Of a stretch of DNA of 64,000 bases, positions 56,094-64,000 are shown piece by piece. The notes under the pieces were generated by a model. That model was given only the letters and a program-made list of their open reading frames with translations. It made no database searches and was not told where the DNA came from. Position 1 is the first letter of the stretch. Each line of letters starts with the position of its first letter. Origin of the DNA: Actinomycetes bacterium (GTDB lineage: Bacteria; Actinomycetota; Coriobacteriia; WRKU01; WQUG01); assembly GCA_031272275.1 (NCBI GenBank), contig JAISUC010000023.1, positions 4,605-68,604 on the forward strand, given 5' to 3'. Position numbers and translations under genes: made by a program.

Positions 56094-56936
56094 ATGTCCG
56101 GCAACACGATGCGCTACACTCAGGGTATGCACTATTACGTGATTGGCACCCCCATATCCCATTCGGCGTCGCCGGAGCTCTGGAATGCGTATTTTCATCG
56201 GCTCGGTTTGCCGCACGACTATGCGGCATACGATCCGGGGGACTTTGCCGGTTTGTCGCGGTGGGTACGTGCGGTTCGTCGTGACCCCGATGTCGCCGGA
56301 TTCAACGTCACTCTTCCCTACAAGCGCGACATCATTGCCCTGTTGGACGACGTGACCGCAACCGCAGGTGCAATCGGTGCGGTCAACACGGTGCGTCGTA
56401 ACACAGACGCTACCCTGATCGGCGACAATACCGATGCGGCAGGCTTTCTTTCCGCTGCCGAATCACATCTGCGCTTTGTGCCACGCTGCCACACGCGCGT
56501 TGCCATTTGTGGCACGGGGGGCGTCGCACGCGCCATTGCTTACGCGTGTCGACACGCCGACGTTACCTGCGTGTCACGCAATCCCCGGAAACTGCCCCCT
56601 GTATCGGCGGCGACCGATGAAACCTCTGTGACGGGCACGGGACATGTTGTGTCCTATACGGACTTGAGCACAGGTTCACCCGAACCCTGGGATTTGTTGG
56701 TGAACGCGACTCCGATCGGCATGACGGGCGACGACATGATGCCGGTTTCCGCAGATTGGCTGCGCCCCGAACACGTACACGCGGTGTTCGATGCAGTGTA
56801 TCGCGCGGACGGGCAGGTCACACCCTTGGTAGCAGCCGCACGCGCGGTGGGCATACCGGCGATCGCGGGCATGCCTCTGTTATATGCCCAAGCGCGCGCG
56901 GCGTGCACGTTCTGGTCGCTGCCGGACGATTTTTGA
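56094..56936 (+). CDS. aroE: shikimate dehydrogenase
   Basis: YYVIGTPISHSASP, NVTLPYK, NTDAAGF motifs. ATG 56094 (or 56109/56127) preferred because the GTG 56034 of the track ORF lies inside the family A repeat. Confidence 0.7.
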   Translation: MSGNTMRYTQGMHYYVIGTPISHSASPELWNAYFHRLGLPHDYAAYDPGDFAGLSRWVRAVRRDPDVAGFNVTLPYKRDIIALLDDVTATAGAIGAVNTVRRNTDATLIGDNTDAAGFLSAAESHLRFVPRCHTRVAICGTGGVARAIAYACRHADVTCVSRNPRKLPPVSAATDETSVTGTGHVVSYTDLSTGSPEPWDLLVNATPIGMTGDDMMPVSADWLRPEHVHAVFDAVYRADGQVTPLVAAARAVGIPAIAGMPLLYAQARAACTFWSLPDDF

Positions 56937-57026
56937 AACCTGTCGCCTGACCCCGTCACCCGACCTTGCCATCCGGTTGGGGCGCCTGTGCCGTAAACGC
57001 GCCGCAGAACTGAACGGCAGCGCGCC

Positions 57027-57040
57027 GGGACGCACTCCGC
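57027..57040 (+). repeat. degenerate family C copy
   Basis: GGGACGCACTCCGC. Confidence 0.5.
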
Positions 57041-57104
57041 ATGGCAATTGAAACTGCTAGACTGGTGTGCGAGGGTAACAACGGCTTTACGGTAAGGAGG
57101 AATC

Positions 57105-57473
57105 ATGACGTTTACGGCGGTTCATACCTGCATCAAAGTGGTCGAGCTGGAGCGCAGCATCGCGTTTTATCGGGCGGCGCTGGGACTGGAGCCCGTGCGC
57201 GAGATCGCACCCGACGACGGCAGCTGGAAAATCGTGTTTCTGCAGAACGCGGACAGCGATTACCAAATCGAGCTGACCTGGAATCGCGATCATGCCCCGT
57301 ATGAGCTGGGTGAAAACCCGATCCACATCGCGTTTCGGACCGACGACATCGACGCGGCGCTGGCGCGGCATCGCGAGCTGGGCTGTGTCGGGTTCGAAAA
57401 CAAAGAAATGGGGATTTACTTTATCAGCGATCCCGATGGGTATCAGATCGAAATCATTCCGGAGCGCAGCTGA
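57105..57473 (+). CDS. VOC/glyoxalase-family protein
   Basis: 122-aa two-module VOC fold; RBS TAAGGAGG upstream. Confidence 0.65.
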   Translation: MTFTAVHTCIKVVELERSIAFYRAALGLEPVREIAPDDGSWKIVFLQNADSDYQIELTWNRDHAPYELGENPIHIAFRTDDIDAALARHRELGCVGFENKEMGIYFISDPDGYQIEIIPERS

Positions 57474-57521
57474 CGGCATATCTTTGGTACACTGGCAACC
57501 TGAACCTTGATAGGACAGACC

Positions 57522-57877
57522 GGGGGTGACCTGGTTTCGACAGAGCAGAGTGACCGACGGGAAGCAAGCCGAGGTCTCCTCGCCTCGTAAAACAGGGGTA
57601 CACGCCTTGTAATCGGCAACTATGATTACGCCCTCGCCGCTTAAACAATAACCGGCGACGTCAACGATCGGGTAGGCTCCGCCCGTTCCGCGACGCCATT
57701 CAGGAGCCTGCGGTTGCGGTGGTGGGCTGTATTGCCGCCGCCCAAGATGAAACAGCCATGGGGAATCGACGCGGGTCGTCAGGCCGACCATTCCCCGAGA
57801 CGTGATTGACGACTGAGCTTGGAGAAGCCGGCGGCGCTTTGTTTTGGACGCGGGTTCGATTCCCGCCACCTCCACCA
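57522..57877 (+). ncRNA. ssrA: tmRNA (SsrA), tag peptide reading ..NYDYALAA*
   Basis: 5' GGGGGUGAC.. pairs with 3' ..CACCUCC-A-CCA (tRNA-Ala-like acceptor, G3-U). T-arm GGACGCGGGTTCGATTCCCGCC. Internal ORF GGC AAC TAT GAT TAC GCC CTC GCC GCT TAA. Confidence 0.85.
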
Positions 57878-57930
57878 ACCACCAACAACCACCAACAACA
57901 ACCACCACCAACCACCACCAACAACTGTCA
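57872..57930 (+). repeat. pure C+A low-complexity tract (ACC/AAC-rich) abutting the tmRNA 3' end
   Basis: CCACCAACCACCAACAACCACCAACAACAACCACCACCAACCACCACCAACAAC has no G or T over about 57 nt. Confidence 0.8.
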
Positions 57931-58102
57931 TTCCGGGGGCGCGGAGCGCAACCCGGAATCCACGTTTCATCCTGACTGGGCCGTAACGCGCTTGCGCGCC
58001 GGTCAATCCGGAACCTTCAATTGTCATTGCATGTCCGTCGCAGGCGGGCGCGGCAATACATCGGGGCGTGGGACAACACGGCGCGACGGGACGCACTCCC
58101 CC
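57926..58102 (+). repeat. repeat cluster: family B variant (57926-57962), family B (58022-58060), family C 15-mer (58088-58102)
   Basis: TGTCATTCCGGGGGCGCGGAGCGCAACCCGGAATCCA; TGTCATTGCATGTCCGTCGCAGGCGGGCGCGGCAATACA; GGGACGCACTCCCCCTGTTTTG. Confidence 0.75.
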
Positions 58103-58143
58103 TGTTTTGCGTGATCAGCTGCCGACCGTTCGGGAAACGGTGC

Positions 58144-58172
58144 TTGCGCCGGCGCGAATGCTCGACTACAAT
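58144..58172 (+). promoter_or_regulatory. putative sigma70-type promoter for the small ORF at 58220
   Basis: TTGCGC (58144-58149), 17 nt, TACAAT (58167-58172). Confidence 0.45.
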
Positions 58173-58219
58173 AGTCACGTCTACACAATCCGACAGGAGA
58201 GGCAGCGGAGGTAAACAAT

Positions 58220-58441
58220 ATGGGCGCATGGATGGCACACTGGTTGTTCTCGTACAACGTACCGCTGGTGATGAACTATTTCTTTTATGTCTGCATGATT
58301 CTGATGTGCGTATTCGGCGTGGCCACCGGCGTGTATGCGGCCAAGCGGATGCGTCGTGCCGAGCAGTACATTCCGGCCGAGGGAGCTGCCCCTATCGTCA
58401 AAGTGAAGAAAAGCAAGAAAGGCGACGACGCCGAAGACTAG
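58220..58441 (+). CDS. hypothetical small membrane protein (73 aa, two TM helices, Lys-rich tail)
   Basis: Strong RBS GGAGG 8 nt upstream of ATG, own promoter; no recognisable family. Confidence 0.4.
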   Translation: MGAWMAHWLFSYNVPLVMNYFFYVCMILMCVFGVATGVYAAKRMRRAEQYIPAEGAAPIVKVKKSKKGDDAED

Positions 58442-58511
58442 TTCCGATTGCGCGGGGCAGCGGGCGCAATAAGGCAATAACGGAAATTTCGAAATTCGTG
58501 TGCGCCGCGTG

Positions 58512-58540
58512 TTGCGGCTGCGTGCTGAATCGGGTATACT
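58512..58540 (+). promoter_or_regulatory. putative promoter of rplS, followed by a leader of about 145 nt
   Basis: TTGCGG, 17 nt, TATACT. Confidence 0.4.
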
Positions 58541-58683
58541 ATCCGTTCGTGTCAAATTGCTATCGGACGGATTGCGCCGCGACCGACAGGTTGCCGGCAG
58601 ATCCGCTGAATACGACGCTGCATACGCAAGAACCACGGACAAGAACTACGGATTGACTTACAGAAAGCCGGAGGAAACGCAAC

Positions 58684-59028
58684 ATGGATGCCATCAAAGC
58701 CATAGAGCAACAGCAGATTCGCGACGACTTGACCGCGTTTCAGGTGGGCGATAACGTAAAGGTGTACTACCGCATCATCGAGGGTAGTCGTGAGCGCACG
58801 CAGGTCTTTGAGGGCCGCGTCATCCGTCGTCACGGTGCCATGAATCGCGAGACCTTCACCGTTCGCAAAATCAGTTTCGGTGTGGGGGTCGAGCGCACCT
58901 TCCCCGTCCATTCGCCCAAGATCGAGAAAGTTGAGATCACCGGCCGGGGTAAGGTTCGCCGCTCGAAGCTCTATTATCTGCGCGACAAAGTCGGCAAGCA
59001 GGCGCGCCTGAAGGAAAAGAACTACTAG
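58684..59028 (+). CDS. rplS: 50S ribosomal protein L19
   Basis: Full-length L19 (..[27 protein letters not shown]..). Confidence 0.9.
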   Translation: MDAIKAIEQQQIRDDLTAFQVGDNVKVYYRIIEGSRERTQVFEGRVIRRHGAMNRETFTVRKISFGVGVERTFPVHSPKIEKVEITGRGKVRRSKLYYLRDKVGKQARLKEKNY

Positions 59029-59053
59029 GAACTGTTCGGGCGACCGTCCCTGC

Positions 59054-59749
59054 ATGAAAAGAAACGACAGTATGTCGAACGCTGAATCGGAGCGCCTGCG
59101 GGCGCTCTATTCGTATGAGACCGCACTATATGCCGGGGGATGCCGGTTGGTGGTGGGGGTTGACGAGGTCGGGCGCGGTGCGGTTGCAGGACCTGTCAGT
59201 GCCGGGGCATGCATCCTGGGGCCGGATGCGGATCCGACGGCGATACCCTATCTGAACGATTCCAAAAAGCTGACCCCCCGCAGACGCGAAAGCGCGGCTT
59301 CCGCCATAAAGGAACACGCCTTGGCCTGGCATGTCGCGCACGTACCGGCGGATGTGATCGATGCGACGGGTATCGTTGCCGCGTTGCAGCAAGCAATGCG
59401 GGCTGCGGTGTCGGGGCTGGCAGGACAGCTGACCGGCGCCTATGCCGGTACGGACCCGCTGTTGCAGACGGTGTTGCTGGACGGGCGACCGATGGGACTG
59501 TTCGAGCGCGAGCAGGCGATCGTCAAAGGTGACGGCAAGGTGGCTGCAATCGCCGCCGCATCGGTGTTGGCGAAAGTCGAGCGCGATGCGCTGATGTGCG
59601 ACTATGACGTGCGGTATCCGGGTTACGGATTCGCCGACCACAAGGGCTACGCTGCCGCCGCGCATGTGGATAACATCGTGCGTCGCGGGCTGTCCGAAAT
59701 CCACAGGAAGAGTTTTTGCGGGAATTTCTTTCAGGGCAAGCTTTTTTAA
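59054..59749 (+). CDS. rnhB: ribonuclease HII
   Basis: VVGVDEVGRGAVAGPV catalytic DEDD-type motif; alternative ATG 59072. Confidence 0.8.
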   Translation: MKRNDSMSNAESERLRALYSYETALYAGGCRLVVGVDEVGRGAVAGPVSAGACILGPDADPTAIPYLNDSKKLTPRRRESAASAIKEHALAWHVAHVPADVIDATGIVAALQQAMRAAVSGLAGQLTGAYAGTDPLLQTVLLDGRPMGLFEREQAIVKGDGKVAAIAAASVLAKVERDALMCDYDVRYPGYGFADHKGYAAAAHVDNIVRRGLSEIHRKSFCGNFFQGKLF

Positions 59750-59910
59750 TCACGTGCGCGTGGGTTTTGCGGGCTGACATTGCAGCAGCTTACCCGCCCT
59801 TTCGCAACTCATTTAAGGCTTGACACCAAAAAGCTTTAAGGAACGCTTAAACAGACCTTAAGAAACTTCTAAGTGCTCCGCGCGACACTATGTGCGGAGG
59901 TGTAAGAGCT

Positions 59911-60288
59911 ATGACCACGCAACGCAGGGCGCTGGGAAAGCGCGGCGAAGACGCCGCCTGTGATTTTCTCGCGCGCAAGGATTACCACATAGTCGAACGC
60001 AACTGGAAGTGCAGCTATGGCGAGGCCGACATTGTCGCGACCGAGGCCGACACGCTGGTTTTCGTAGAAGTGAAAACCCGGCGCAGTGTCGCCGCCGGCA
60101 CCCCGGTCGAGGCTGTCACGCCCAAAAAACAACAGCGCTATCTGCGCCTGGCGCAGCTCTATGTGCGCAGAAACAACATCCTCGACAAAAACATCCGCTT
60201 CGATGTCATCAGCATCCACGACCACAAAAACGGGCGCGCGGAACTCAACTTGGTGAAAAATGCCTTCGGGGAATCGGGCTGCCTGTAA
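59911..60288 (+). CDS. yraN: YraN family (UPF0102) putative endonuclease
   Basis: GEDAACDFLARKDYHIVERNW..GEADIV..LVFVEVKTR signature; ATG 59911 with RBS GGAGG at 9-nt spacing. Confidence 0.7.
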   Translation: MTTQRRALGKRGEDAACDFLARKDYHIVERNWKCSYGEADIVATEADTLVFVEVKTRRSVAAGTPVEAVTPKKQQRYLRLAQLYVRRNNILDKNIRFDVISIHDHKNGRAELNLVKNAFGESGCL

Positions 60289-61796
60289 TGCGCCTGTGCA
60301 AGACTCATACTGCAACCCTGCACGGCATCAAGGCCATCCCTGTCGAGGTACAGGTTCACCTGGCGGCGGGAATGCCCGGTTTTCATATCGTCGGTCTGGC
60401 GGATATCGCCGTCAAGGAATCGGCGCGCCGCGTAGTTTCTGCGCTCAAGACCTGTGGTTTTTCCATTCCTCAGGGCCAAATCACGGTGAACTTGGCTCCG
60501 GGAACCCTGCCTAAACACGGTGTGGGATTCGATTTGCCTATCGCGCTCGCGATTCTAATTGCCGAAGGCCACATCGATACGCGCGTGATTGAAAACGCCA
60601 TCGTTGTGGGCGAACTGGGGCTGGACGGAGCCGTCTCGACCGTGCGTGGTCTGGTCGGGTACGCTCTCCTCGCACGCGAACGGGGACAGCGGCTGATATG
60701 TGCCGACGCGACCCAGTTGGACGGGTTGATTCAGCTGGATGTCACCGAGGCTACTTCATTGAATGACTTTCGCTGTGCTTTGTCCACGCGCACAACGGGT
60801 CGGTACGTCCCCTCGGTTGACGGCTCGCGAAACCTGCCTGTTGATGGCGGCAGGCGTCGTGACTTTATTGATGTCATCGGACAGGAACAGGCGGTTCGCG
60901 CCTTGACCGTGGCGGCTGCGGGGCAGCACAACATCTTGATGATCGGACCTCCCGGTACCGGCAAAACCATGCTGGCTTCGCGTCTGCCGGGAATACTCCC
61001 CGAACTGGAAAACGAAGAGCTGATTGAAACGGCATTGGTCAGTTCAGTCGGCGGTATTGATTTCGATACCCGCAGTCGCCAACGGCCCTTTCGGGCCCCG
61101 CATCATTCGGCAACCTGTGCCGGCATCGTCGGTGGAGGGCACCCCATCACCCCGGGCGAGGTCTCTTTCGCGCATAACGGGGTCTTGTTCCTGGATGAAA
61201 TGCCCCAGTTCGGAGCGGGCACGCTACAGAGTTTACGCCAGCCGATCGAGGACGGGAAAATCACCATAGTGCGTGCCACTGAAGCGGTGAACTTCCCCGC
61301 ACGTGTCATGCTGGTGGGAGCAGCCAATCCCTGCCCCTGTGGGTATTTGGGGGACGGCAAACGATCCTGTCGCTGTCTGCCGGACCAAGTGGAGCGCTAT
61401 CAACAACGGGTCGGTGGTCCCATTATGGATCGTTTCGACATGGTCATTTCGGTTACGCGCCCCGATACCGAGACCTTCTTTGCCGGAACCGGAAGCACCG
61501 GGTCGGCGGAATTGGCCGTTCAGGTTGCAGCCGCCCGTCGCATGCAAAAACAGCGCGGCTTGGGTCCGAATCGCCTGCTCAGCCGTCGCGAGTTGACGTC
61601 TGACACGGTAACGTCACACGAGGCGCTGTTGTTCTGTAAGCGTGCCGCCGCCCGGTTGAACCTGTCCGGGCGTGGCATCGTGCGCGTGCTGCGTTTGGCA
61701 CGCACCATTGCGGATATGGCTGAAAGCGATTGCAGTGAAGAAGAACACATTGCTGAAGCCCTGAGTTATCGGGGGGATTGGTACAACCATGCCTGA
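60288..61796 (+). CDS. comM: Mg-chelatase-like AAA+ ATPase YifB/ComM
   Basis: N-terminal Lon-like domain, Walker A GPPGTGKTMLA, arginine finger, C-terminal ChlI-like region. ATG 60288 overlaps the yraN stop; the track ORF's upstream 93 aa is out-of-frame overlap with yraN. Confidence 0.8.
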   Translation: MRLCKTHTATLHGIKAIPVEVQVHLAAGMPGFHIVGLADIAVKESARRVVSALKTCGFSIPQGQITVNLAPGTLPKHGVGFDLPIALAILIAEGHIDTRVIENAIVVGELGLDGAVSTVRGLVGYALLARERGQRLICADATQLDGLIQLDVTEATSLNDFRCALSTRTTGRYVPSVDGSRNLPVDGGRRRDFIDVIGQEQAVRALTVAAAGQHNILMIGPPGTGKTMLASRLPGILPELENEELIETALVSSVGGIDFDTRSRQRPFRAPHHSATCAGIVGGGHPITPGEVSFAHNGVLFLDEMPQFGAGTLQSLRQPIEDGKITIVRATEAVNFPARVMLVGAANPCPCGYLGDGKRSCRCLPDQVERYQQRVGGPIMDRFDMVISVTRPDTETFFAGTGSTGSAELAVQVAAARRMQKQRGLGPNRLLSRRELTSDTVTSHEALLFCKRAAARLNLSGRGIVRVLRLARTIADMAESDCSEEEHIAEALSYRGDWYNHA

Positions 61797-62706
61797 CAAG
61801 ACACGTGGCACCGCCCAGCGTCGATTTGAAATCACCGCCGATGACGCGGCATATCCGGAGATGCTGCGCTTTATTGAGGATCCTCCGGCGACCATCTATG
61901 GACGCGGAAATGAATCGGCATTGACCGCCGGGGTCGCCATCATCGGTGCGCGTAATGCGACTCCCTATGGGAAGGCCGCCGCCAAGATGATTGCCGGCTG
62001 GGCTGCCGATTTGGGCCTGGTGGTGTATTCGGGTTGTGCACGCGGTTGTGACCAGGCGGCGCATCGCGGGGCGCTCGATGCCGGGGGACGCACGGTAGCC
62101 GTGTTAGGTTGCGGGGCGGATATCGCCTATCCCTCGCGTGCATCCGACTTGTTGGATGAAATTGCTGAAACCGGGGCGGTCATTTCCGGGTATCCCTGGG
62201 GTATGCCCCCGATGAAGCATCAGTTCATTGCACGCAATCGCCTGATTATCGCGCTTTCACGATTGTTGGTCGTGACCGAAGCCCGCCTGCCCTCGGGGAC
62301 CTTTTCTGCGGTGCATCATGCACTGGACTTGGGGGTTCCGATAGCTGCGGTACCGGGATCCATTTTTTGCCAGGAATCCGCCGCACCGAACAAGCTGATA
62401 GCGGAAGGAGCCACATTGATTTCATCGCACGAAGACTTTCTCATAGCTTGCGGGCTGATCGAGGGCTACCTGAGCACTTTTGCCCAGGAACAAACGGCAC
62501 TTGATTTGGATGACGATCGCGAAGAGGTGGACGTGACACCTGCCGACGCCATTTTGCATGCACTGCGAGCCCAGCCCGCAGGCCCCGATCAGCTGATCGA
62601 ACAGCTGGGTTTTACCGGACCGGTGGTGCTCCGCACTTTGACCGAACTGGAAATATCGGCGCAAGTAACCCGCTACCCCGACGGGCGCTATGGGGCAGCC
62701 GCATAA
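61789..62706 (+). CDS. dprA: DNA processing protein DprA (Smf)
   Basis: Rossmann-like DprA core GVAIIGARNATPYG..GCARGCDQAAHRGAL, C-terminal winged helix; overlaps the comM stop. Confidence 0.8.
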   Translation: MPDKTRGTAQRRFEITADDAAYPEMLRFIEDPPATIYGRGNESALTAGVAIIGARNATPYGKAAAKMIAGWAADLGLVVYSGCARGCDQAAHRGALDAGGRTVAVLGCGADIAYPSRASDLLDEIAETGAVISGYPWGMPPMKHQFIARNRLIIALSRLLVVTEARLPSGTFSAVHHALDLGVPIAAVPGSIFCQESAAPNKLIAEGATLISSHEDFLIACGLIEGYLSTFAQEQTALDLDDDREEVDVTPADAILHALRAQPAGPDQLIEQLGFTGPVVLRTLTELEISAQVTRYPDGRYGAAA

Positions 62707-62749
62707 CAGACGCAAACAATACGGGGATTGACGGATAAGGATACTCAGT

Positions 62750-63370
62750 ATGACCGGAACACGTATGGAACGAACAGGACAGACAGGAACCACGACAACA
62801 CGGCTGATAACCATCAGCGGGATGGATCGCAAAGTGGGTGTCACGCATTTGGGGTTGTCTTTGGCGCTGAAGCTGAACGATCGGGGGCTCAAGACGGCAT
62901 TACTCCTGTCCTATGAAACCTACAATCAGCTGAACCAGTATTTCATTCTGAAGCGCTGCACCGAGCGGACGACCCGCGAGGGGAAATCCTACAGCGCGGA
63001 TTTGGCCGGTGTCCAGTTGTTTTCGAACGCCATGCCGGGCGACATTGAGGGCTTTGACGTGCTCGTTTGGGATTGCGGCGAACTGGGGCACAATCGGCGT
63101 TCCTTCGATCACGGTACGGTGCGCCTGATTGTATCGGGCGGACAGCCCTGGGAGCTTGCCCCGCTGAATACGTTCCTGGTGACTGAAAACGCAGAAAAGC
63201 TGCGCAGCTACACCCTCTGTTTCGCAGGTATTGACGATGATGCCTATCAGCATATGGCTTTGCAGGTCAAAGACTGCATGCCCTGTATCAAGGTTCAACA
63301 TCAACCCGCCTGGAACAAAATCGATATGCGTGAAGACCTGAACGAAATCATCAACCTGCTCCCCAGGTAA
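62750..63370 (+). CDS. degenerate ParA/MinD-like protein (pseudo-ATPase; Walker A lysines replaced)
   Basis: ITISGMDRKVGVTHLGLSLALKLNDRGLKTALL aligns with the deviant Walker A region of ParA/MinD but reads DRKVGVT instead of KGGVGKT; FDVLVWDCGELG matches the ParA D-x-P-x-G region. Confidence 0.5.
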   Translation: MTGTRMERTGQTGTTTTRLITISGMDRKVGVTHLGLSLALKLNDRGLKTALLLSYETYNQLNQYFILKRCTERTTREGKSYSADLAGVQLFSNAMPGDIEGFDVLVWDCGELGHNRRSFDHGTVRLIVSGGQPWELAPLNTFLVTENAEKLRSYTLCFAGIDDDAYQHMALQVKDCMPCIKVQHQPAWNKIDMREDLNEIINLLPR

Positions 63371-63393
63371 ACGAAAACGAAAGCGAACCGACT

Positions 63394-64000
63394 ATGTCAG
63401 ACATCATACTGCCCCGTAAACGCAGCATCTTGTGGCTCCGCTGCATCGAACGCGAAAGGAAACTGCAGCAACGCGAACGGAAACGCCTGCGACAGCTGGC
63501 ACGTGCCCGGCGCGCGCAGACCACCAAACGCTTTGTGCTCAAACCGGTTCATAAGCTACTGGCAAGCGTGATGAGTATCGCGCTGATGATTGCGGTGTCT
63601 GTGCTGTTGACCTTGTTTGCGAACTACCTGAACGGTCATCCGGCGTTTTTGCAGCGGATGATATCCCCGATTACCCGGCTGCTGCAGACGCAGGTGGCGG
63701 GTGCCGCCGAAACAGCTGCGACGTCATCCGGACCGGACACAGTACAGGCCGGTCCGGGGGAGTCGGGTGAAACGGTACTCTTGCGCGGCGTGCATCAGGT
63801 TGACCGCGTGGTGGTCTATGACGACCTGCCCGACAACGATGTCGCACGGCTGGATGCGATTCGCACATTCCGCGTTCGCAGCGACGAGGACCCCGATGCC
63901 ACCTGTGACGCAGAGCTTCGTGCTGCAGAATGGCACTGGATTGTGACAGCATACGACCGCTATGGGTTGCCTGTGCGCTATCGGGCGGAGGTCACCTATC
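63394..64000 (+). CDS. hypothetical bitopic membrane protein (partial; runs off the window end)
   Basis: ATG 63394, open to the end of the window. Highly basic cytoplasmic N-terminus, one TM (LLASVMSIALMIAVSVLLTLF), then an extracytoplasmic domain. Not in the ORF track because there is no in-window stop. Confidence 0.4.
   Translation, partial: MSDIILPRKRSILWLRCIERERKLQQRERKRLRQLARARRAQTTKRFVLKPVHKLLASVMSIALMIAVSVLLTLFANYLNGHPAFLQRMISPITRLLQTQVAGAAETAATSSGPDTVQAGPGESGETVLLRGVHQVDRVVVYDDLPDNDVARLDAIRTFRVRSDEDPDATCDAELRAAEWHWIVTAYDRYGLPVRYRAEVTY

Noticed and set aside
60009-60287. N-terminal 93 aa of the 595-aa ORF containing comM.
   Set aside because: Out-of-frame overlap with yraN, rich in Arg/Pro/His and without ComM homology. 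ComM starts at ATG 60288 by stop/start overlap.

Overview
High-GC bacterial chromosomal segment; gene content and order look actinobacterial (Coriobacteriia-like), inferred from synteny only. It is almost entirely housekeeping and co-directional on the + strand; only metY, one tRNA and one gene remnant lie on the - strand. In order: tRNA-Thr(CGU); an 11-gene nuoABCDHIJKLMN operon with no nuoEFG; degV; phoH-ybeY-dgkA-era-recO; a threonine aldolase; a DUF554 membrane protein; truA; infC-rpmI-rplT with a leader attenuator; a large CPA1 Na+/H+ antiporter; metY (-); aroC-aroK-aroB-aroQ; lrgAB; divIVA; uvrC-rapZ-yvcK-whiA; gap-pgk-tpiA; hom-thrB; a PadR-DUF1700-DUF4097 module followed by pspC, an LCP enzyme and a SpoIID-domain protein; a low-GC patch holding an AAA-ATPase gene remnant; a System I cytochrome c maturation cluster in the order ccmE-F-A-B-C-D next to hemX-like-hemA-hemC; aroE; a VOC enzyme; tmRNA; rplS-rnhB-yraN-comM-dprA; and a degenerate ParA-like pseudo-ATPase plus a membrane protein running off the window end. 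No CRISPR, transposase or phage genes were seen. The most unusual things are: three families of small dispersed repeats filling most intergenic gaps (an AT-rich nested hairpin, a GTCATTGCGAG...GGCAATCCA nested palindrome, and a 15-mer GGGACGCACTCCCCC that also sits inside two genes); a NuoL whose lateral-helix region carries a triplicated 26-residue repeat; a CcmE with a CxxxY heme motif fused to a second CcmE-like OB domain; a 129-bp tandem repeat downstream of recO that contains an inverted copy of the recO 3' end; and a pure C+A tract with repeat clutter directly after the tmRNA 3' end.
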